Positions 23,883-29,289 of a DNA stretch of 29,289 nt are shown piece by piece. The stretch comes from Ignavibacteria bacterium (lineage in GTDB: Bacteria > Bacteroidota > Ignavibacteria > Kapaibacteriales > UBA2268). The translations under genes were made by a program, and so were the position numbers. The notes beneath the pieces are model-generated. The model saw only the letters and a program-made list of their open reading frames with translations, ran no database searches and was not told where the DNA came from. Within the stretch, counting starts at the first letter, position 1; each line of letters starts with the position of its first letter. Where the stretch lies: the NCBI GenBank assembly GCA_040383785.1, contig JBEICW010000001.1, positions 1 through 29,289 on the forward strand, in the 5' to 3' direction.

Positions 23883-23969
23883 ATGAAAATATTACAGTGG
23901 ATACGGCTTATTATTGTTTTAATTATATGTTTGCCCTTGATAATTTTTGCACTCGTAATTAAAAAATAG
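23883..23969 (+). CDS. 28-aa single-TM peptide
   Basis: Own translation MKILQWIRLIIVLIICLPLIIFALVIKK; starts right after the previous stop. Confidence 0.55.
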   Translation: MKILQWIRLIIVLIICLPLIIFALVIKK

Positions 23970-24653
23970 TTATTTATTATTTATAAGATAATATCCTAAT
24001 GATGCCGCAGCTAACCCCAATAAAGCAATAGGTATCGTATCATTTGTTTCGTATAGCTTGATATTATTTGATGACTCATTTTTACCGCCATCACCATCTG
24101 CATTTAAAAAGTTTGAACTTGCAGTTTTTTCAATTTCTTTATTTGATTGTTGAATAGATTCTATACTTGAGCCATAATTATAGAATTTACTTTTATTGGT
24201 AATTCTTTCCATTTCTTTGAAATTGTATAAATTCATTCCAAAAGAATTTGTAATCCTTTTAGATAAAAATTTAATCTGTAAATCTGTTTGTGGAAGAATT
24301 GTAGTTGATACACTTGAATTTCCATTTAGAATAATAGGTGTGGGTGTATTTGTTAAATCAACAACAATAGAGCCTGAAAATTGATAAGGGTCAACTGTTG
24401 TAACAATATTCGTTATATTTTGATTGCCACTAACATCAAATCTTTGGTAATTAATAACTCCTATAAGTTGAGCAGCACTTGTTGAATATAAGTAAAAGCC
24501 TTGCACATCATAAACTTGATTACCCAATGATTGCTTGAATTGTGCATAAGTAACACCAGCCGTATTCGTACCACCACTTGTACCGCTATCTTGTACTACG
24601 ACAGAAACGGCAGGGGTTGTATGATTTACTATTGTGGCATTAAATATGGGCAT
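23970..24653 (-). CDS. Beta-rich putative capsid-type (jelly-roll-like) protein with C-terminal membrane anchor
   Basis: About 140 aa of alternating beta pattern (YDVQGFYLYS...VINYQRFDVSGN...VDPYQFSGSIVVDL); tail IALLGLAAASLGYYLINNK. Fold is inferred. Confidence 0.6.
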   Translation of the reverse strand: MPIFNATIVNHTTPAVSVVVQDSGTSGGTNTAGVTYAQFKQSLGNQVYDVQGFYLYSTSAAQLIGVINYQRFDVSGNQNITNIVTTVDPYQFSGSIVVDLTNTPTPIILNGNSSVSTTILPQTDLQIKFLSKRITNSFGMNLYNFKEMERITNKSKFYNYGSSIESIQQSNKEIEKTASSNFLNADGDGGKNESSNNIKLYETNDTIPIALLGLAAASLGYYLINNK

Positions 24654-24982
24654 TACTTGGTAAGCATTATATTTCCAGAAACATCACAAACGATAAGCTT
24701 TTCGTCTTTTACATAACATCTCATTCCAAAATCTTTCATACACTCTTTATTAAGTTCTGTAAGACGGCTTGGAGATTCACCAGCTTTCATTGCTTCTGTA
24801 TAAGCAGTAGCAACTATTTCAGCGTTTTCCATAGTAGGTTTAACTGGTATTGCAGACGCATCAAAATCTTTTATAGGACTCGTTGTTGTTGGCGATGTTT
24901 TTGATTTAGGTCTTAATGCCCAAAACAATAAAAATCCTCCGCCAAAAATCAATGAGAATTTTAATAATTTTTCTTTGTTCAT
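24653..24982 (-). CDS. N-anchored membrane protein
   Basis: MNKEKLLKFSLIFGGGFLLFWALRPK. Confidence 0.8.
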   Translation of the reverse strand: MNKEKLLKFSLIFGGGFLLFWALRPKSKTSPTTTSPIKDFDASAIPVKPTMENAEIVATAYTEAMKAGESPSRLTELNKECMKDFGMRCYVKDEKLIVCDVSGNIMLTK

Positions 24983-24983
24983 T

Positions 24984-25316
24984 TTATTTTTCTTTTGATA
25001 TAAACCATAAGATACCGAAAATTGCTAAAATACCAGCAGCATAAATACCAACTCTTTTTACAGAATCTAATGTTTCAGCTTGTAGGTTGTTAATCTTCGC
25101 TGTTTTCATTTGTTCTTGTAGTCTATCATATTGGTCTGGTGTTAATACTCCACCTTTTGTAAGTACGCTATCAATGATGTTTTGAATATCATTTGAAGAA
25201 CTCAACAACTTTTGTTTAAGCTGTTCGCCTAATTTAGCATTTTCAGCATTCTTTTTGCTTTTAGATACTAATTCTTTGGCTTGACTCAATAATTTTTTAA
25301 TATCTTCTGTTAACAT
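24984..25316 (-). CDS. Helical protein with C-terminal membrane anchor
   Basis: Tail VGIYAAGILAIFGILWFISKEK. Confidence 0.8.
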   Translation of the reverse strand: MLTEDIKKLLSQAKELVSKSKKNAENAKLGEQLKQKLLSSSNDIQNIIDSVLTKGGVLTPDQYDRLQEQMKTAKINNLQAETLDSVKRVGIYAAGILAIFGILWFISKEK

Positions 25317-25594
25317 TACTTAAACTTTTGTTTTAAATATTCAACAAAAAGAGTAGCCAGAGTACCAATGCCAAACATATAGCCATACATCCAGTTAATC
25401 TTATTAGTCCATTTTTCTTTAACGCTTTCCAACGCTTCAAGTCTTGTTACAATACCTTGCTGTCCTAATTCTTTATTACCAACCAATGCCGTGTATATCT
25501 TGTTCATCTGTGTTTCCATTTGCTTTACACTTGCTGAAACACCATTAATTGTATCTTCAAGATTACTGACTTTGTTTTCTTGTTCCATACTCAT
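25316..25594 (-). CDS. Coiled-coil plus C-terminal TM protein (XhlA/holin-like architecture)
   Basis: Heptad N-half; WMYGYMFGIGTLATLFVEYLK. Confidence 0.7.
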   Translation of the reverse strand: MSMEQENKVSNLEDTINGVSASVKQMETQMNKIYTALVGNKELGQQGIVTRLEALESVKEKWTNKINWMYGYMFGIGTLATLFVEYLKQKFK

Positions 25595-25604
25595 TTAAAA
25601 ATTA

Positions 25605-25638
25605 TGCTATTATAACACTAAATTAATGTATAATAGCA
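25605..25638. repeat. Perfect 10-bp inverted repeat containing opposed TATAAT boxes
   Basis: TGCTATTATA (25605-25614), 14-nt spacer, TATAATAGCA (25629-25638). Confidence 0.75.
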
Positions 25639-25665
25639 AAAGTCAACTATTTTTTTTAAAAATTT

Positions 25666-25893
25666 CTATTCTTTTTTTTCACTATCAGTATTTTTAATGC
25701 CGTATCTTATATATTTCCACCAAAATCTTTCGTGAATAAAATACAAAACTGGTTTATATAGTAATTCTGCTATCGTAAAAGTAGCACCTATTTTAGCACT
25801 TCCAGTGGTTATAAAAAGTATCAAAAACCCTATTGAGCTGCTTAATATTCTGTATGATATTGTTTTCAAAATATGTCTTTTAAGTTGTACCAT
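25666..25893 (-). CDS. DUF2061-like small membrane protein
   Basis: RHILKTISYRI...K..LY..HER.WW; family commonly found beside sulfate-activation genes. Confidence 0.8.
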   Translation of the reverse strand: MVQLKRHILKTISYRILSSSIGFLILFITTGSAKIGATFTIAELLYKPVLYFIHERFWWKYIRYGIKNTDSEKKE

Positions 25894-26294
25894 TATAATA
25901 AGCTTTTATTTTGTTTTTGCTCTTCTCTAATTTTTGTTGCTGATATTTCGGCTATATCTGTTGGTGGTATGTATTCAATAATATCGTATCCAACTCCTCT
26001 CCCAAAGTTTATGGAAGCTATATCTGGTATAATAATTACTCGTACTTGTCCTAATAAGATATTATCTACATAATGTTTGCAGATATTACTCATAACCTCT
26101 TCTGCCGTATATGGATTTTTTTCGTCTGTTGGCATATCTCTTACCGCAATAAGTACTTTTTCGCCTTTATCCAATACTTGCTGAAACAATTCTTGATGAC
26201 CTTTGTGTAAAGGCTGCCAACGACCAATAAACAAATTGAATTGTCCTTCTTTTTTTTCCATTGAGCTTTTAACGTGATTTTTCGTAGTCCACAT
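25893..26294 (-). CDS. HxGH-superfamily (cytidylyltransferase-like) nucleotidyltransferase
   Basis: FIGRWQPLHKGH; IAVRD...NPY; GRGVGY; ISATKIR. ATG 26294 preferred. Confidence 0.85.
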   Translation of the reverse strand: MWTTKNHVKSSMEKKEGQFNLFIGRWQPLHKGHQELFQQVLDKGEKVLIAVRDMPTDEKNPYTAEEVMSNICKHYVDNILLGQVRVIIIPDIASINFGRGVGYDIIEYIPPTDIAEISATKIREEQKQNKSLL

Positions 26295-26299
26295 AGTTT

Positions 26300-26734
26300 T
26301 TAATTTAATTTTTCGATAATTTTGTTTACACATTCATCAATACTTAAAACAGATGTATTCAAAACCAACTCATTCCGTACTTGTTCTTCAAAATCACTGG
26401 CAAAGTTCATATTTCTACCCCTGTCTTCGTCATACTTCAAGTATATCTCTACTAACTTTTCCGAATTATCATATAAGTAATTCCTTAAATCTTCGTATGG
26501 TGTAACAAATGAAAGTATTGGCGTGAAACCCTCTTTTTCTAAATACAATGCCATATCAAAAGCACCCTTTAGGTTTCTTAATCTTCCCTCTTTGCTGTAA
26601 TCTTTATTCTTGGTAATATCTCGCCATTTATCGCCGTCAATTTTTATAAATGGTAAAACATAATACCTTTTTGTCAAAGCATTAGACAATGTAGTTTTTC
26701 CCGAAGCTGGTTGTCCGTAGAACAGAATAATCAT
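26300..26734 (-). CDS. cysC: Adenylylsulfate (APS) kinase-like P-loop kinase
   Basis: GQPASGKTT, IDGD..R, DYSKEGR..N, SF..PY..LR; shorter than canonical CysC. Confidence 0.75.
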   Translation of the reverse strand: MIILFYGQPASGKTTLSNALTKRYYVLPFIKIDGDKWRDITKNKDYSKEGRLRNLKGAFDMALYLEKEGFTPILSFVTPYEDLRNYLYDNSEKLVEIYLKYDEDRGRNMNFASDFEEQVRNELVLNTSVLSIDECVNKIIEKLN

Positions 26735-26737
26735 AGT

Positions 26738-27550
26738 TTATTGTTTATAATTAAAATAATCGAAATACCATTTGTTTTTTTGATATATCTGGTTGTAAAT
26801 ATTTAATCCTAATACTTCTTTGGCTACTGATGGAACAAATGTAATATTGTTTTTTATTTTATGGTCGCCATATATTCCGTGAAATTTATCGTCTTCAAAA
26901 GTAACTTGCTGAATATTTTTATAATCCAATTCATAATAAGGAATTTCTAAAAAATCGTAAACTTTTTGCATTTCATCTTTTGGATTAGTGCATAAATCTT
27001 CAAACTTTACAAATAGAATTTTTTTATCAAAACCCCTATGTATAACTTCTTTTAAATTTTTAGTTGTTGTGCCGACTGGATTTTTTTCTAACCATATAGA
27101 AACTCTTTCCCCAATAGTTACACCCGTTGGTTCAGTTTCTTTTGGATTGCCTTGCCATTTGTGCGGATTCTTTCTATAATTCTTTTCCATACTTGCCAAA
27201 ATATCACGCAAATCTCTAACCATACATATAATCTTCGGATTGGGATAAAACTTGTCTAAAAACGCTGTATTTATCGCCCAAGCACGACTTTTATCTATCT
27301 TGTAGGGTTTATTCGTCAAGCCAGAAAAATAGCCTTCTAATGCAAATCTACAATAAGTTAAAAATGCAGATTTCATTTCCATTTCGTCTTGCGACTTAAA
27401 TGCTGGAGAATTAGTATAAATTTTTTTGGAATTAGTAAGGAGTTCTGCCAATGGACTTGTTGGTGTTGCATAAATATCTGGATTGTTTCCAAGTATATTT
27501 TGCATCAAAGTACTACCAGAACGAGGCATACTACTATTGAAAAAAATCAT
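26738..27550 (-). CDS. PAPS-dependent sulfotransferase
   Basis: 5'-PSB MPRSGSTLMQNIL; DKSR; 3'-PB VRDLRDILAS; VKFEDL..NP...M.KVY.FLE. Confidence 0.9.
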   Translation of the reverse strand: MIFFNSSMPRSGSTLMQNILGNNPDIYATPTSPLAELLTNSKKIYTNSPAFKSQDEMEMKSAFLTYCRFALEGYFSGLTNKPYKIDKSRAWAINTAFLDKFYPNPKIICMVRDLRDILASMEKNYRKNPHKWQGNPKETEPTGVTIGERVSIWLEKNPVGTTTKNLKEVIHRGFDKKILFVKFEDLCTNPKDEMQKVYDFLEIPYYELDYKNIQQVTFEDDKFHGIYGDHKIKNNITFVPSVAKEVLGLNIYNQIYQKNKWYFDYFNYKQ

Positions 27551-28374
27551 TTTTGGTAGTTAAATTTTTGATAGTACCATTTATAATTTTCGTAAAGCCA
27601 GTTGCAAATATCTTTTCCAAGTACAGAGTCGGCATCGCTTGGTTTTAGTTCTAATTTAGGTCGTATGGTGTGTAATCCAACACCTAATCCATATACGCTA
27701 TCATCTTCTTTGGTTATTTGCTGAATGTTTTCAAAATCGTGAGCAAAATAAGGGACTTCTAAATAGTCGTAAATTCTTACCATTTCTGCGTCTGGATAAA
27801 GACATAAATCTTCTGCTTTTACAAAAAGTATCTTATCGTCATAACCCAAACGTATCATTTCAAAGATTCGTTCTAATGCTCTGCCAATGGTATTTGTAGG
27901 ATGTACCCATTCGTCAACTCTTTTATGAACAGTAGTGCCTGTGGCGGTACTGTCATTTCTTATAGGGTCGTGTTGAAGTTGATTCTTACGATAAATTTTT
28001 TCGTAGGAGCAAAAAATATCTTTTAGGTTTCGCACCATACAAATAATTTTTGGATTCGGATATATCTGTTCCAAAAATCCTCTATACACACCCCAGCCAC
28101 GACTTTTATTAAGCACATATTTTTTATCTGTTAGATTATCTGCATAACCTTGCAAACCTTTATTACAAAAGCCTATGAATGCTTTATTCATAAGTTGTTG
28201 GTCTTGTGCTTTAAACTCTGGAGAAGTTGTAAAATTGGCTCTTGCACCAAAAAGAAGTTCTAATAAGCCATCAGTTCCAGAAACAAAAAAATCTGGATTC
28301 TGTCCAATTATATTTTGGAGTGTTGTTGACAAAGCTCTTGGCATTGAGCTTTGAAAGAATATTTTCTCTACCAT
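27547..28374 (-). CDS. Sulfotransferase paralog with altered PAPS loop
   Basis: MPRALSTTLQNII; NKSRGW; VRNLKDIFCS; VKAEDL...P. Confidence 0.85.
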   Translation of the reverse strand: MVEKIFFQSSMPRALSTTLQNIIGQNPDFFVSGTDGLLELLFGARANFTTSPEFKAQDQQLMNKAFIGFCNKGLQGYADNLTDKKYVLNKSRGWGVYRGFLEQIYPNPKIICMVRNLKDIFCSYEKIYRKNQLQHDPIRNDSTATGTTVHKRVDEWVHPTNTIGRALERIFEMIRLGYDDKILFVKAEDLCLYPDAEMVRIYDYLEVPYFAHDFENIQQITKEDDSVYGLGVGLHTIRPKLELKPSDADSVLGKDICNWLYENYKWYYQKFNYQK

Positions 28375-28384
28375 AGTTTTTTTT

Positions 28385-29257
28385 TTATTTCTCTAAAGAT
28401 GCGATTATTTTATCAACATCAAATATTTCTTCTTCGTTATTATATGGGAATTGTTCTGGATTTCCAGAAATATCAAATTCTTCATACATAGCGTGTCTCA
28501 ATTCTGGCTTGTTTGTGAATGGATTTGCCAATATGTTATCGTGTATAGTATAGCCTAAATTTTTAGGACTATTAGTTATCCAACAAACTGTTGACGGAAG
28601 ATTTAATGCAGCAGTTGAGTGCTGTAAAAAACTATCAATCAATAATCTTTTTTGAGATAGTAAAGTAAGTGCCAATAATTCTCTAAAACCAGCGTTTATT
28701 GGTGTTGTATTTTGATAACCAATTTGGTCTTCTCTTTTTATGTGAACAATGTTATATATTGGTGAAAAATGTTCAATAATTTTTATTACAACTGAAGATG
28801 GCAAATCTCTTGCAAAAGAATATTTTATGTCTTTGTTTGCACCACCATTTGTTTGCATAACCATAATTGGTTTATCAGACTGATATTTCTTTTGAAAGAA
28901 ATCTAATTCTCTTTGATTTAAGAAAATTTCTGGCTGTTCGTTATGATAATTAATGCCATTCATAGAACACCAAACATCAATCAAATGTTTTTTATGGTAG
29001 ATATAATCACTTTCTAAATAAGGGTCGTGAGCCATTACTTTTACATCTTTGCCTTTAACAAAATCATCATAAAAGTAGGTGATAGCACCATATTGTAGTG
29101 ATTTGTTTATGTTTGGATTGTTCAGAAAAACTTCTGGATAACCACTTACAACAATAAGGTTTGAATCTGGATAATTTTCTTTTACTGCTTTACAAACAGC
29201 AGTTGCAGCAACGCATTTTCCAATGCCGCCATTAATTTGTAGAATGTAGTTTTTCAT
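28385..29257 (-). CDS. GT-B glycosyltransferase (GT9/heptosyltransferase-like)
   Basis: GGIGKCVAATAV.K..KE.YPD; EVFLNNPNI; IDSFLQH.TAALNLPSTV.W. Confidence 0.8.
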   Translation of the reverse strand: MKNYILQINGGIGKCVAATAVCKAVKENYPDSNLIVVSGYPEVFLNNPNINKSLQYGAITYFYDDFVKGKDVKVMAHDPYLESDYIYHKKHLIDVWCSMNGINYHNEQPEIFLNQRELDFFQKKYQSDKPIMVMQTNGGANKDIKYSFARDLPSSVVIKIIEHFSPIYNIVHIKREDQIGYQNTTPINAGFRELLALTLLSQKRLLIDSFLQHSTAALNLPSTVCWITNSPKNLGYTIHDNILANPFTNKPELRHAMYEEFDISGNPEQFPYNNEEEIFDVDKIIASLEK

Positions 29258-29289
29258 TTTATTTTCTCTTTTTTAAAATGTAAATATAA

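Noticed and set aside
756-27179. Opposite-strand or nested ORFs in the track (756, 1195, 2451, 5002, 6461, 7967, 8877, 10240, 10574, 11172, 11456, 13528, 15093, 15918, 16687, 17154, 22866, 22897, 19521, 24196, 24531, 25873, 26988)
   Set aside because: Each overlaps a better-supported gene with recognisable motifs or operon coupling. Their sequences look like shadow frames; the His/Pro repeats at 11172 and 11456 just mirror the 66-bp repeat.
1-29289. tRNA, rRNA, IS or integrase genes
   Set aside because: No cloverleaf, rRNA-like GC-rich tract, transposase or recombinase motif recognised by eye; a tRNAscan/Infernal run would be needed to exclude small RNAs.

Overview
A very AT-rich, gene-dense segment of a dsDNA virus genome. 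The host is most likely Bacteroidota: TAnnTTTG '-7' promoter boxes recur, leaders are A-rich with no Shine-Dalgarno, and two signal peptides are followed by Gln. Strand blocks alternate. Plus-strand blocks (1017-4794, 11745-23969) look early. They encode a Zn-ribbon protein, an HTH protein, an apparently permuted GHKL ATPase, a pyrimidine-dimer glycosylase-like protein, a ligase adenylation domain, DUF932, a GT2, a Cas4/RecB-like nuclease with RecT, and a stripped-down family-B-polymerase-like protein paired with a very basic protein. Minus-strand blocks (1-916, 4986-11652, 23970-29257) look late or structural. They hold about 14 small single-pass membrane proteins, a tail-anchored GH24 lysozyme, an LRAT/H-NC-type enzyme, an SH3b protein, an Fe/Mn SOD, a PAS-PAS-membrane protein beside a GH19 endolysin remnant, and a GT9 / 2x sulfotransferase / APS-kinase / HxGH-transferase / DUF2061 cluster. 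No terminase, portal, tail, tRNA, CRISPR or IS element is recognisable here. The membrane-protein complement suggests, by inference, a tailless internal-membrane virus. The most striking items are the 235-aa minimal PolB-like gene pair (19009-20641), an 8-copy fixed-spacing promoter grammar with a palindromic operator, the permuted GHKL, the PAS-membrane protein in the lysis region, and the self-contained sulfation module. All family calls come from motif recognition by eye; no database searches were run.
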